64,000 nucleotides of DNA from Armatimonadota bacterium (lineage in GTDB: Bacteria; Armatimonadota; SYMT01), in assembly GCA_041690135.1 (NCBI GenBank), contig JAWLHY010000004.1:288001-352000 (forward strand), written 5' to 3'. A program made the translations under genes and the position numbers. The notes beneath the pieces are model-generated. The model did not search any database. It saw nothing but the letters and a program-made list of their open reading frames with translations, and was not told the origin of the DNA. This document shows positions 30,311 to 39,344 of this stretch, in pieces. The stretch's first letter is position 1. The number at the start of each line of letters is the position of its first letter.

Positions 30311-31111
30311 ATGATCACTGTGACCAAACCACAGGCATCCCGACCGGAATCCGCGCCGCTGATCGAGTTGATCGGCGTCACCGTCCGGCACCGCGAACAG
30401 AACCTGGCCCTCGATGACGTCAGCGTACGGGTCGAGCGAGGCGAGTACGTCTTTATCGTGGGCCAGACGGGGAGCGGTAAGTCGTCTCTGCTCCGCCTTT
30501 TGATCCATGAGCTCCGCCCGACGGCGGGAGAAGTCTGGGTCGACGGAGAAAACGTCGCCACACTCAAGCCGCGGCACATTCCACAGCTCCGGCGGAAAAT
30601 CGGTTTTGTGTTCCAGGACTTCCGTCTTCTACCGGAACGCACGCTGGAGGAAAACGTCGCGTTCGCGCTCCGGGTGATCGGTATCCATGGCAAGGAGCTC
30701 CGCCGGCGGACGTTCGAGGCGCTCGAGCGGGTGGGATTGATGTCGAAGGGCAAGATGTACCCCCACCAGGTCTCCGGCGGCGAGCAGCAGCGGGCGGCCG
30801 TGGCCCGGGCCATCGTCAATACGCCGGGGCTGTTGCTGGCTGATGAGCCTACCGGCAACCTCGATCCCATGACCTCGCTGGAGATCATGGAGCTTCTGGA
30901 ACAGATCAACCGCTCCGGCACCACGGTGCTGGTAGCCACGCACGACCAGCAGATTGTGGACGCCATGTGCAAGCGGGTGGTCCAGCTTGAGAGCGGACGG
31001 ATCGTCCGCGACGAAGCCCGGGGCCGTTACTCCGTCAGCCGCTTACTCACTACCACTCCCCCTCCCCCTCCCACAGAAGTCGAGCCATGTTCGGTAGTCT
31101 CTTCTTCCTGA
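30311..31111 (+). CDS. ftsE: Cell division ATP-binding protein FtsE
   Basis: GQTGSGKS, VFQDFRLL, SGGEQQR, LADEPTGNLDP, VATHD; followed by ftsX. Confidence 0.95.
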   Translation: MITVTKPQASRPESAPLIELIGVTVRHREQNLALDDVSVRVERGEYVFIVGQTGSGKSSLLRLLIHELRPTAGEVWVDGENVATLKPRHIPQLRRKIGFVFQDFRLLPERTLEENVAFALRVIGIHGKELRRRTFEALERVGLMSKGKMYPHQVSGGEQQRAAVARAIVNTPGLLLADEPTGNLDPMTSLEIMELLEQINRSGTTVLVATHDQQIVDAMCKRVVQLESGRIVRDEARGRYSVSRLLTTTPPPPPTEVEPCSVVSSS

Positions 31112-31968
31112 TCCGCGAGGCCTGGCTCAACCTCCGTCGCCAGGGCCTGATGGCGGTCGCGTGTGTGAGCACGTCGGCCATCGCCTTGCTCATTCTCGGG
31201 GTCTTTTTCCTCATCGGCACCCAGCTCTACCGGGTGGTCGACGGCGCGCCGCGCCAGATGGAGATCCACGCCTTCATGCGAGAAGGCGCCACTCGCGCCC
31301 AGGCCACGGCCCTGCAGGAGCGCCTGGAGGACATGCCCGGGGTGGCCGTGGCCCGCCTCGTGACCCGGGAGCAGGCCTGGACCGAGTTCCGGCAGAAGTC
31401 GAGCTTCAAGGACGTGCTGGACGGGTTCAAGGAGAACCCGCTCCCGGACATGCTGCGGATCGTCACCACGACCCCCGAGGAGACCCTGCGGCTGGCCGAT
31501 TGGGTTCGCTCCCTGCCGGAGGTCGACCACGTGAACGAGGGCAAGGAAGTCGTCCGGCAGTTGCTTACCATCTACAACGTGATCCGCACCGCGGGTGTCG
31601 TGCTGGCGGTGCTCCTGGGGCTGGGCACGGCGGCCATCATCAGCAACGCCATCCGCATGACGCTATTTGCGCGGCGCCGCGACATCCGGGTCATGCAGCT
31701 CGTCGGTGCGACCAACAGCTTTATCCGCTTCCCGTTCCTGCTGGAAGGCATGGCGGAAGGCGCTCTCGGCGGCGGGATCGCTTCCGGGCTCCTCCTTGCG
31801 GCGCTTCACTACTACACCACCCGGGTGCAACCCACCGTGCCGGTGGTGAACCAGTTCGAGCTGGACCTCAATCGCCTGCTGTTCGTCGGCATCCTGGTAG
31901 GCGGCGGGGCCGTGCTCGGAATGGTGGGGAGCCTGCTTTCTATGCGGAAGTTCCTGCACGCAACCTAG
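31087..31968 (+). CDS. ftsX: Cell division permease FtsX
   Basis: NPLPD, ISNAIR...RRRDIRVMQLVGATNSFIRFPFLLEG. Confidence 0.95.
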   Translation: MFGSLFFLIREAWLNLRRQGLMAVACVSTSAIALLILGVFFLIGTQLYRVVDGAPRQMEIHAFMREGATRAQATALQERLEDMPGVAVARLVTREQAWTEFRQKSSFKDVLDGFKENPLPDMLRIVTTTPEETLRLADWVRSLPEVDHVNEGKEVVRQLLTIYNVIRTAGVVLAVLLGLGTAAIISNAIRMTLFARRRDIRVMQLVGATNSFIRFPFLLEGMAEGALGGGIASGLLLAALHYYTTRVQPTVPVVNQFELDLNRLLFVGILVGGGAVLGMVGSLLSMRKFLHAT

Positions 31969-31987
31969 TGGGATACGGACTGAGGTT

Positions 31988-33160
31988 TTGAAACACTCTC
32001 GCTGGAAAACCAGTCTTCTTCTTGTGGGAACCCTCGGCGTACTGGCCGTGGCGCCCTCGCTGCCGTCCGCACTGGCGGCGAAGGAGAGCCGGACCCAGCG
32101 GATTCAAACGCTGCGCCAGCGGTTAAAGAGCCTCTCCGCCAAGAAGGCCGAGAAGCGGGAAGTCCTCCGGGAGACGAAGCGGGCGCAGCGGCGCCTGTCG
32201 GACCAGCTGAACGAGAGCTACGAGCGCCTCGAGAGCGCCAACGACGCCCTCCGCAAGTCCGAACAGCGCCTCCGGGCGGCGGAAGCCGCAGTCCGGCTGG
32301 CGACCGATCGGCTCAAGCAGGCGGAAGAACGACTGCGAGCGCAGCAGCGGCGTTTTGGGAAGCGGATTTCGTACTATTATAGAGAAGGGCAAGTCACCTA
32401 CCTCGACGTGCTGTTCGGGGCTCGAGACCTCTCCGACTTCCTGGACCGCCAGTACTTCATCTCGCGCCTGATGGATCAGGACGCGGGGCTGGCGCGGGAG
32501 TTGCGGGAAGCGCAACAGCAGGTAGCGCTGGAGCGGCAGAAGCTGGTGGACCGGCGGGCGCAGCTCGCGGCGGCGCACCAGGAGAACGCGGAACGAGTCC
32601 GGCTCGTTGCGGAACAGACCACCGAGCGGGAGCGCTTGCTGAAAGCGATCACGCGGGAACGCGCGCTCCAGGAGCAACGTCTACAAGAACTGGACGAGGA
32701 CTCTGCGGACATTCAGAGAACCCTAGAAGCAGAGCAGACCCGTCGGCGGTCGATGCCCGGATCTTACCGCGCCCTGCCGGCCTGGACCGGGAAGATGGCC
32801 CGTCCGGCCCGGGGCCCGGTCACCTCCGGGTTCGGGTACCGGTACCACCCGGTACTCCGCTACCGGCGCCTGCATGCTGGGATAGATATCGGTGCCCCAA
32901 CGGGCTCGGGAGTGTATGCCGCCTCGGATGGCGAGGTGTTCTTCGCTTCTTGGCGAGGTGGATACGGTCGCTGTATAATCTTGCTCCACGGGGGCGACGT
33001 GTCCACGCTATACGGCCATTTATCGAAGATCTATGTCAAGCCTGGGCAGCGGGTTCGCCGTGGACAATTGATTGGCGCGGTTGGGAGCACGGGGCTCAGC
33101 ACCGGTCCGCACTTGCATTTTGAGCTGAGGCGGAATGGGAGACCTGTGAACCCACTCTAG
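31988..33160 (+). CDS. Coiled-coil M23 peptidase (EnvC-like murein hydrolase or activator)
   Basis: Signal peptide, long coiled coil, HAGIDI, YGHL, STGPHLHFE with zinc ligands intact. Confidence 0.92.
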   Translation: MKHSRWKTSLLLVGTLGVLAVAPSLPSALAAKESRTQRIQTLRQRLKSLSAKKAEKREVLRETKRAQRRLSDQLNESYERLESANDALRKSEQRLRAAEAAVRLATDRLKQAEERLRAQQRRFGKRISYYYREGQVTYLDVLFGARDLSDFLDRQYFISRLMDQDAGLARELREAQQQVALERQKLVDRRAQLAAAHQENAERVRLVAEQTTERERLLKAITRERALQEQRLQELDEDSADIQRTLEAEQTRRRSMPGSYRALPAWTGKMARPARGPVTSGFGYRYHPVLRYRRLHAGIDIGAPTGSGVYAASDGEVFFASWRGGYGRCIILLHGGDVSTLYGHLSKIYVKPGQRVRRGQLIGAVGSTGLSTGPHLHFELRRNGRPVNPL

Positions 33161-33187
33161 GCCGCGCGCTGCCGGAGAGCAGTGCTA

Positions 33188-34675
33188 ATGCAGAAAAACC
33201 AGGTCTGGCGGGTTTCCGCCACCGTCTTGAGCCTGACCGCGTTCTCCTATTTTGCGGGGCTCGGAGTCCGCGGCCTCTACGGCCGCCTGAGCCAGTCCGA
33301 ACACGCCGACGAACGCACTTTCTCTACCTATACCCGCGTGGCCTCGGCGAACCCCCGGGTTTCCGAGCCCGATCTTCGTCCCCTCCAACTCTACACGGAG
33401 GTCCTGAAGCGGCTGCAGGCTTACTACGTCGAATCGCTCCCTGCGGACTCGATCCTGGCGCGTGGCTCCGTCGACGCCATGCTCAACCAGTTGAACGACC
33501 CGAACACCCGGTTCTTGAGTAAGCAGGAGGTCTCCGCGCTGCAGGCGGCCACGGTAGGTGAATACACCGGCCTGGGCGCCGTCCTCACCGTGCGCCGGAG
33601 CGGGCGTACCGGCGTCGACCTTTCCGATGAGGGCGCGCCCCGGAGTACGGGAGTCAAGACCATAACGGTCGTCTCCGTGGCCCCCGGCGGTCCCGCGGAC
33701 AAAGCCGGACTGAAGCCCGGCGACCGCATCACGGAGATCGATGGGCGCTGGATCGCTCCGACCCATGTCTCTTACCGCGTGCTTACCCAGTTGACCGATC
33801 CCCTGGGACAACAGGACGGTCGTCCGCGCATCGTCGAAGAGGACCCCGAACCGGTCCAACCCGCCGGCGAGCGCGAGAAGCAGCAGAAGGAGTTGGAGGA
33901 GACCCGCGACCGCTGGAAGAACGCGGCCGAGCTTCCGCTGATCCTGGCCGGCTTCGTCAGCGAAGGGAAGGGCGAGCACGAACTCACCGTGGAGCGCGGC
34001 TATCCCAGCCGCACGCTCAAAGTTCGGGTCAACCTCGGCCCGACGAAGGTGGAAACGTTCGCCTCCCGCAAGATCGACCCGGCGACCGGCTACGTGCAGG
34101 TCCGTACCTTTAATGCCGGAACGCCGCAGAAGCTGGCGGAAGCACTGGACGAATTCCAGAAGAGCGGCGTGAAGAACCTGGTGGTCGATCTCCGCAACAG
34201 CCCCGGAGGGACACTGGAAGCGGCGCGCGACGCCGCCGGGTTGCTGGTCGGCAACGTCCGGTTCGCCACCCTCAAACGCCGGGACGCCACCCGTCGCCTC
34301 GTGGAGCAGCCCCTGGTCATCCAGAAGGCGACGCGCCGGATGAAACCCGCCAGTGTGGTGGTCCTGGTCGACCGCGGCACCGCCGGCTCTTCGGAACTGT
34401 TCGCGGCGGCCCTGAAGGACCACCTGGGGGCAAAGCTGGTCGGCTCCGAGACCTTCGGCGACGGCAGCGAGCACGACGTGATCCGCCTGGAGGACGGCTC
34501 CGGGATCGCGATCACCCGCGCCCGGATGCTGACTTCCAAAGGCGTGGACTTCGAGGGCAAGGGATTGAAGGCGGACGTTGCAACGCCGGGTGACGCGCTG
34601 GAGGCTGCCGTTAAGCTACTCGCTACCGCGAAGCCCGCCGGCGGGAGCGCGGTGCAGGGAGGGGCGAAGTCATGA
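33188..34675 (+). CDS. S41/CtpA-like PDZ protein lacking catalytic residues (pseudoprotease)
   Basis: LNDPNTRFL, GLGAV, GPADKAGLKPGDRI and DLRNSPGG are present, but GTAGSSE and TFGDG replace ASASE and TFGKG. Confidence 0.85.
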   Translation: MQKNQVWRVSATVLSLTAFSYFAGLGVRGLYGRLSQSEHADERTFSTYTRVASANPRVSEPDLRPLQLYTEVLKRLQAYYVESLPADSILARGSVDAMLNQLNDPNTRFLSKQEVSALQAATVGEYTGLGAVLTVRRSGRTGVDLSDEGAPRSTGVKTITVVSVAPGGPADKAGLKPGDRITEIDGRWIAPTHVSYRVLTQLTDPLGQQDGRPRIVEEDPEPVQPAGEREKQQKELEETRDRWKNAAELPLILAGFVSEGKGEHELTVERGYPSRTLKVRVNLGPTKVETFASRKIDPATGYVQVRTFNAGTPQKLAEALDEFQKSGVKNLVVDLRNSPGGTLEAARDAAGLLVGNVRFATLKRRDATRRLVEQPLVIQKATRRMKPASVVVLVDRGTAGSSELFAAALKDHLGAKLVGSETFGDGSEHDVIRLEDGSGIAITRARMLTSKGVDFEGKGLKADVATPGDALEAAVKLLATAKPAGGSAVQGGAKS

Positions 34676-35970
34676 TCCGGCGCAATACGTTTTCGGTCAT
34701 GCTCGCGGTCGCGATCTCCGGCTCTTTCCTGGCCGGCGTGTTCGAGCCCGAGCTCCGGGCCCAGGGCGGCCTACCCGAACACATCTTCAGTCTGCGGGCC
34801 ACGGGCAGCGGTCCGCAGCTCGATCCGATCAGCACCTACAACAAGGTGCTGCAGTTGGTCACGGAGCGTTACTACGGCGAACTGCCGGGCAAGAGCGAGA
34901 ACCTCAAGCCGGAGGTTAAGCTCACCTATGCGGCGATCCGGGGTATGCTGAACACTTTGGACGATCCCTACACCCGCTTCCTCGAGCCGGTGGAGTTCAA
35001 CTCCCTCAAAGAGGACAACGAAGGCGAGTTCGAGGGGATCGGCGCTCAGCTCGACAACGACAAGACAAAGGAAGGCTATATCCGCGTCTCCAAGCCGATC
35101 CGGAACGGACCGGCCGCGAAGGCGGGCTTGATGAAGGGCGATCTCATCACCCGGATCAATGGGGCCGCGGTGAAGGACCTGTCCGTCGACGAGGCGGTCG
35201 GCAAGATCCGCGGGCCGGCGAACACGCAGGTGCGCCTCACCATCCTTCGACCCAGCGAGGGGAAGACCCGCGATATCGTCATCACCCGGAACTCCGTGGA
35301 GTTCCAGGTGGTGGACTACGAACTGCGGGACGGGAACATCGGTTATATCTACCTGCACACCTTCAATGAGTTGTCCGATCCCAAGATCCAGCAGGCGATC
35401 CGCGCCATGGAGAAAGAGGGCATGCGCGGCCTGGTGCTCGACCTGCGCGGCAATCCCGGCGGTCTGCTGGAGTCGGCAATCGACATCTCCAGCCGGTTCA
35501 TCCCGCCGAATAAGACGGCCGTGATCATCGTGGAGAACGAGCGCAACGAAAAGCGGAAGACGTCCGAAGCCCGTTTCCTGGGCGGCAAGTGGCCGCTGGT
35601 GGTGCTGGTGAACCGCACCAGCGCTTCGGCCTCCGAGATCGTCGCGGGCGCCATCAAGGACAACAAGGCGGGCCTGGTGGTCGGCACCACGACCTTTGGG
35701 AAGGGCCTGGTTCAGACCGTGGTCCCGCTGGAGGGCGATGCCGCCTGTATGATCACCACGGCCAAGTACCTGACGCCCTCGGGCAAGGACATCAACCGCT
35801 CGCGCGAGCAGCGCGGCGGGGTGGAGCCGGACTACTTCGTGGACATCACGGAAGAGCAGTACGTGAAGAACAACGATCCCCAGCTCCGCCAGGCGGTCGA
35901 GATCTTGAAGGCCCAGATCGCGGGGCGCCCGGTTCCGGCCCCCACCACCCAGGCCTCCGCCCGGAACTAA
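34672..35970 (+). CDS. ctpA: Carboxyl-terminal processing protease (S41A)
   Basis: LDDPYTRF, DLRGNPGG, SASASEI, TFGKGLVQ, KYLTPSG; ATGA overlap with the upstream paralog. Confidence 0.93.
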   Translation: MIRRNTFSVMLAVAISGSFLAGVFEPELRAQGGLPEHIFSLRATGSGPQLDPISTYNKVLQLVTERYYGELPGKSENLKPEVKLTYAAIRGMLNTLDDPYTRFLEPVEFNSLKEDNEGEFEGIGAQLDNDKTKEGYIRVSKPIRNGPAAKAGLMKGDLITRINGAAVKDLSVDEAVGKIRGPANTQVRLTILRPSEGKTRDIVITRNSVEFQVVDYELRDGNIGYIYLHTFNELSDPKIQQAIRAMEKEGMRGLVLDLRGNPGGLLESAIDISSRFIPPNKTAVIIVENERNEKRKTSEARFLGGKWPLVVLVNRTSASASEIVAGAIKDNKAGLVVGTTTFGKGLVQTVVPLEGDAACMITTAKYLTPSGKDINRSREQRGGVEPDYFVDITEEQYVKNNDPQLRQAVEILKAQIAGRPVPAPTTQASARN

Positions 35971-36022
35971 AGAAGGTGCATCCTACCTGGACGGTCCCGG
36001 GGAATGGGTGTAGGGAAGAAGA

Positions 36023-36067
36023 GGGGTTGGGCGCGGTCGATAGTCGACCGCGCCCAACCCCCTTTTT
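36023..36067 (+). terminator. Intrinsic terminator of the ftsEX-ctpA operon
   Basis: Perfect 18-bp stem with a 3-nt loop, followed by CTTTTT. Confidence 0.88.
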
Positions 36068-36097
36068 GTATTGCACGAGTGCGCAACAAGAGGATGC

Positions 36098-36265
36098 GTA
36101 GGGAACGTCTCGCCGTAGCGTTCCGCCGACCAAGAGCTGATCCCGTTTTGCCAGATCGTGGCGGCACAGGTTCCGGTGCGGTTCGGGCTGGCTCAACGGG
36201 ATCAGCTTCACTGACTGCGGAATGGAACGGCCCTAGCTCCGCCGGGTGTACGTCGCATTCCCTAC
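36098..36265. ncRNA. Candidate rod-shaped structured ncRNA (6S-like architecture; strand unresolved)
   Basis: Nested inverted repeats: 36098-105/36258-265, 36113-126/36217-230, perfect 13 bp 36135-147/36195-207, and 36150-154/36188-192. Confidence 0.45.
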
Positions 36266-36281
36266 AGGTGCGGATCTCCAA

Positions 36282-36298
36282 TGGCAGTTATATTGCCA
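36282..36298. promoter_or_regulatory. Palindromic site matching sigma54 GG-N10-GC spacing on both strands
   Basis: TGGCAGTTATATTGCCA. Confidence 0.3.
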
Positions 36299-36360
36299 GA
36301 CCATTCCAATGCTGCCCGGCGGATCGAGCACGTGAACGGAACCCTCGACCTCGGACACGT

Positions 36361-36420
36361 CCTCCACTCCCCCACTCCCCCACTCCCCCACTCATCCACT
36401 CCTCCACTCTCCCCTTCCCC
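36361..36420. repeat. Octamer tandem repeat (CCCCACTC)n
   Basis: About 6-7 degenerate copies. Confidence 0.8.
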
Positions 36421-36523
36421 ACCCCACATCGCCACCCGACTCGCTCTCCCCATCCTTCCGGCCGACAATAGCTAGAGGGATCTGCCTGCTCCCTTGGATC
36501 CTACTGTCGGTTGGGAGACTTCC

Positions 36524-37600
36524 ATGGCGACCAAGCGAGGTTCCGGCGCGAAAACCGGAGCAAAGAAAACCTCTTCCCGAGGCGCCTCCGGCGGACCGGC
36601 CGGCAATGCTGGCGGCATGATCAAGAACCTCATCGTCTATGCCCTCGCGGGGGTCGGCGGGGTGTATCTCGGCACGCAGGCGTACTCGGCCGCCAGCCAG
36701 CATTTCCCCGGTCTGGTCGCGCGGGCGGCCGGAAAAAAGAGCCCCTCCCTCACTCCGGCGCGCTCGGAGCGCTCCCCTGAAACGGCAACTTCCTCTTCGG
36801 GCCGAAGGGAGCGCCGGGAGCGGACCCGCCGGGCCGTGGAGGAGGAGACCCCGAAGGTCGAGGTCCGCAGCAAGACCCCCGAACTCCCGGACGAGAGTTC
36901 CCAGGTCCCGGAAAACGCCGAAAGTACTGGGCTCGCCCCTCCGCCGGTGGCGGGAGCGGATGAGACGGCGGGTGAGGACGGCGTCATCCCGATGCCGCCC
37001 CTCGAGATCGAGCGGGGCTCCGGGAAGCGCAAGGAAGTGGCCCTCACCTTCGATGCCGGCTCCGATTGGAAGCCCGTGCGGAAGATCCTGGACACGCTGG
37101 CCTCTCACGACGTGCGGTCCACCTTCTTTCTCACGGGAGAGTGGACCCAGGAGAACCCCAAGAGCTCCCGGAGGATCGCTGAGCTGGGCCACGAGCTGGG
37201 CAACCATTCGTGGGATCACTCTCAGTTTACCGGGCTGACGGATGACCAGATCCGTGAGCAGATCCGCCGGACGGATGCCCAGGTACGGGAAGTCACCGGA
37301 CGCGGGACGCGACCCTACTTCCGACCACCACACGGAGCGCGCAACCGCCGTGTCCTCGAAGTTCTGGGCAAAGAGGGCTACCTTAGCATTTACTGGTCCC
37401 TGGACTCCTGGGACTCCGTAAAGAAGGGGATCACCGCCGAGCAGATCCGCGACCGCGTGTTGAGCAAGATCGAGCCGGGGGGTATTGTGCTGCTGCACTG
37501 CGGCAGCCAGGCGACGGCCGACGCGCTGCCGGAGATCCTGGAGGGGCTTAAGACCCGCTCCCTCACCCCGGTCACCGTAAGCCGGCTACTGGAGGAATAG
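36524..37600 (+). CDS. Membrane-anchored polysaccharide/peptidoglycan deacetylase (NodB, CE4)
   Basis: ALTFDAG, HELGNHSWDH, FRPPHG, DSWD, IVLLH; ATG 36524 with SD GGGAGA. Confidence 0.9.
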   Translation: MATKRGSGAKTGAKKTSSRGASGGPAGNAGGMIKNLIVYALAGVGGVYLGTQAYSAASQHFPGLVARAAGKKSPSLTPARSERSPETATSSSGRRERRERTRRAVEEETPKVEVRSKTPELPDESSQVPENAESTGLAPPPVAGADETAGEDGVIPMPPLEIERGSGKRKEVALTFDAGSDWKPVRKILDTLASHDVRSTFFLTGEWTQENPKSSRRIAELGHELGNHSWDHSQFTGLTDDQIREQIRRTDAQVREVTGRGTRPYFRPPHGARNRRVLEVLGKEGYLSIYWSLDSWDSVKKGITAEQIRDRVLSKIEPGGIVLLHCGSQATADALPEILEGLKTRSLTPVTVSRLLEE

Positions 37601-37602
37601 TC

Positions 37603-38664
37603 CTGGACGTAACGAGCTACGAAGAAACGATTCGCCGCCTCCAACGCCGCCTCTGGATCGAGCGGGGCATCACCGGCGGCCTGCTGGCTGTCGCGCTCGG
37701 CGCCTGGGCCTATCCGCAGTTGGTATCCCGGGTCTGGGCCGTCTACGTGGACGGCAAGCCGGTGGTGGCCATGGCCCGCCAGGAGGAGATGACGGCCGTA
37801 CTGGAGCGGGTGCGCCTGGAAGAAGGCGAGGGCTCCGCCACGGCGCAGTGGGTCCAGCAGGTGCGGGTCGATCGCGCCGACGGGAAGAAGCTGTCCCCCG
37901 TGGATGCCGGGACCGCCTCCAAGAAACTGGGTGAAATCCTGGAAGTGAAGGCCGAGCGGGGCGTCATTTACATCGACGCTCTGCCCGTGGTCGCCCTCCC
38001 CTCGGAGGCCGAAGCGCGCAAGCTGCTGGAGGAGATCCAATCCGGATACGCCGGCCGGCTGGAGTCCGTGGATGCGGCCCCCACTTTCAAGGAAGCGGTT
38101 GAGGTCCGGCGTGAAGCCGCCGAGCAGGAGATGTGGGGCGACACGGAAACCGCCCGCGCGCTGCTTACCGGCAAGAACACAGGGGAGGAGCAGGAGCACC
38201 AGGTCGCTCGCGGCGATAACGCCTGGAGCATTTCACAAAAGTACAGCCTGAACCTGGCAAGCCTGCGGAAACTGAACCCATCGGTCACCCTGGAACGGCT
38301 CCAGGTGGGCCAGCGCCTTCTCGTGGGCGGCAAAGCCGAACCGCTGATCACGGTCGTGACCGAGGGCCGGTTAAGTGAGACGCTGCCGACTTCTTTCTCC
38401 ACCGTAAGGCAGGCTTCGCCGCAGATGTTCGTGGGGAAGGAGATCCTGAAATCTCCGGGGCGGCCGGGAACGCAGAAGGTGACCTATCGAGTGCGGTGTG
38501 AGAACGGCCAGGTGGTTCACCGGGACGTCGTCTCCCGCACGCCGTTGACCCCCGCGAAGCCGCGGATCGTGGTGGTGGGAACGCGGCCCCGCACGGTTCA
38601 GGCCCGCCCCTCGACGCGAAGGAAGAGCCGGACCACGCGGTACCGTTCCCGCCGCCGCAGGTAG
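37603..38664 (+). CDS. Membrane-anchored LysM + G5 domain protein (probable CTG start)
   Basis: LysM HQVARGDNAWSISQKY..LNP..LQVGQRL; G5-like GRPG...IVVVGT. The frame is open 39 codons upstream of TTG 37720, to a CTG with SD GGAGGA. Confidence 0.82.
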   Translation: MDVTSYEETIRRLQRRLWIERGITGGLLAVALGAWAYPQLVSRVWAVYVDGKPVVAMARQEEMTAVLERVRLEEGEGSATAQWVQQVRVDRADGKKLSPVDAGTASKKLGEILEVKAERGVIYIDALPVVALPSEAEARKLLEEIQSGYAGRLESVDAAPTFKEAVEVRREAAEQEMWGDTETARALLTGKNTGEEQEHQVARGDNAWSISQKYSLNLASLRKLNPSVTLERLQVGQRLLVGGKAEPLITVVTEGRLSETLPTSFSTVRQASPQMFVGKEILKSPGRPGTQKVTYRVRCENGQVVHRDVVSRTPLTPAKPRIVVVGTRPRTVQARPSTRRKSRTTRYRSRRRR

Positions 38665-38746
38665 ATGGAGGCAGCCAGGGGAATCTCCCTTACAGATACC
38701 CAACGAGGAAGCAAGCTTTTGTTTTCTCGTGGCAAGGAGAAACCTC

Positions 38747-39276
38747 ATGGATCCTACCGGAGAGTGGAGGAGCACCCGCACGGGCCTGCCGGTTGCCGGC
38801 GCCCTGCTCTTGACCCTGACCGGCCTGTGCGGTGGAATGCGCCCGCAGCCGGTCCGCGCGGCGGCGGAAGCGCCGGCATTCAGCCGCTTGCGCGAAGTGC
38901 CGCTGACCCTCGTGGAAAACCGGGGGCAGGTAGAGGGGCCGGTCCGCTACTACGTCCGGGGCCGCGATAAGTCGGTCTACTGCACGCCCGCGGGAGTCAC
39001 CTTTTCGGCACGGTACGCCTGGGGCAAAGCCGGCAGCGCCGGGTCGTGCTGATCAATTCCGGCAGCGATCCTCTCACGGTCAACGTGCCACCGCAGGCTG
39101 GCCCCTACTCGGTCACCCCCGCCGGAGACCTGGTGGTGCCCGCGCGCAGCCGCGCCACCGTAACGCTCACGTTCCAGCCGGCAAGCGCCGGCGCCGGCAT
39201 CGCGGGGCTGGTGCTGACCAGCAGCGACCCCAAGAAGCCCCTGGTGCAGATCCCGGTGCGGGGAAGAGGAAAGTAG
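38747..39276 (+). pseudogene. Remnant of a surface protein (SBBP-associated N-terminal domain joined out of frame to a C-terminal ASH/choice-of-anchor-D domain)
   Basis: Frame 1: signal peptide, PLTLVENRGQ..VRY..TPAGVTF. The -1 frame from 39004 reads FGTVRLGQSRQRRVVLINSGSDPL..TFQP..SSDP..V.GRG. Confidence 0.7.
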
Positions 39277-39318
39277 AAGAAGTGGGGCTCTCTCGGCCGA
39301 GAGAGCCCCACTTCTTCT
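39275..39318. terminator. Bidirectional terminator, perfect 44-bp palindrome
   Basis: agaagaagtggggctctctcgg|ccgagagagccccacttcttct, between convergent genes. Confidence 0.8.
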
Positions 39319-39344
39319 TAGAGTTCCTGGCCGTACTTCCGGCG

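Noticed and set aside
36098-36265. SRP RNA, tRNA or riboswitch identity for the rod
   Set aside because: Lacks the SRP CAGG-GNRA-AGCA motif, a cloverleaf and any aptamer consensus I recognise.
38995-39010. Programmed -1 frameshift joining the two short ORFs
   Set aside because: No canonical slippery heptamer, and the N-terminal domain is truncated, so a deletion is more parsimonious.
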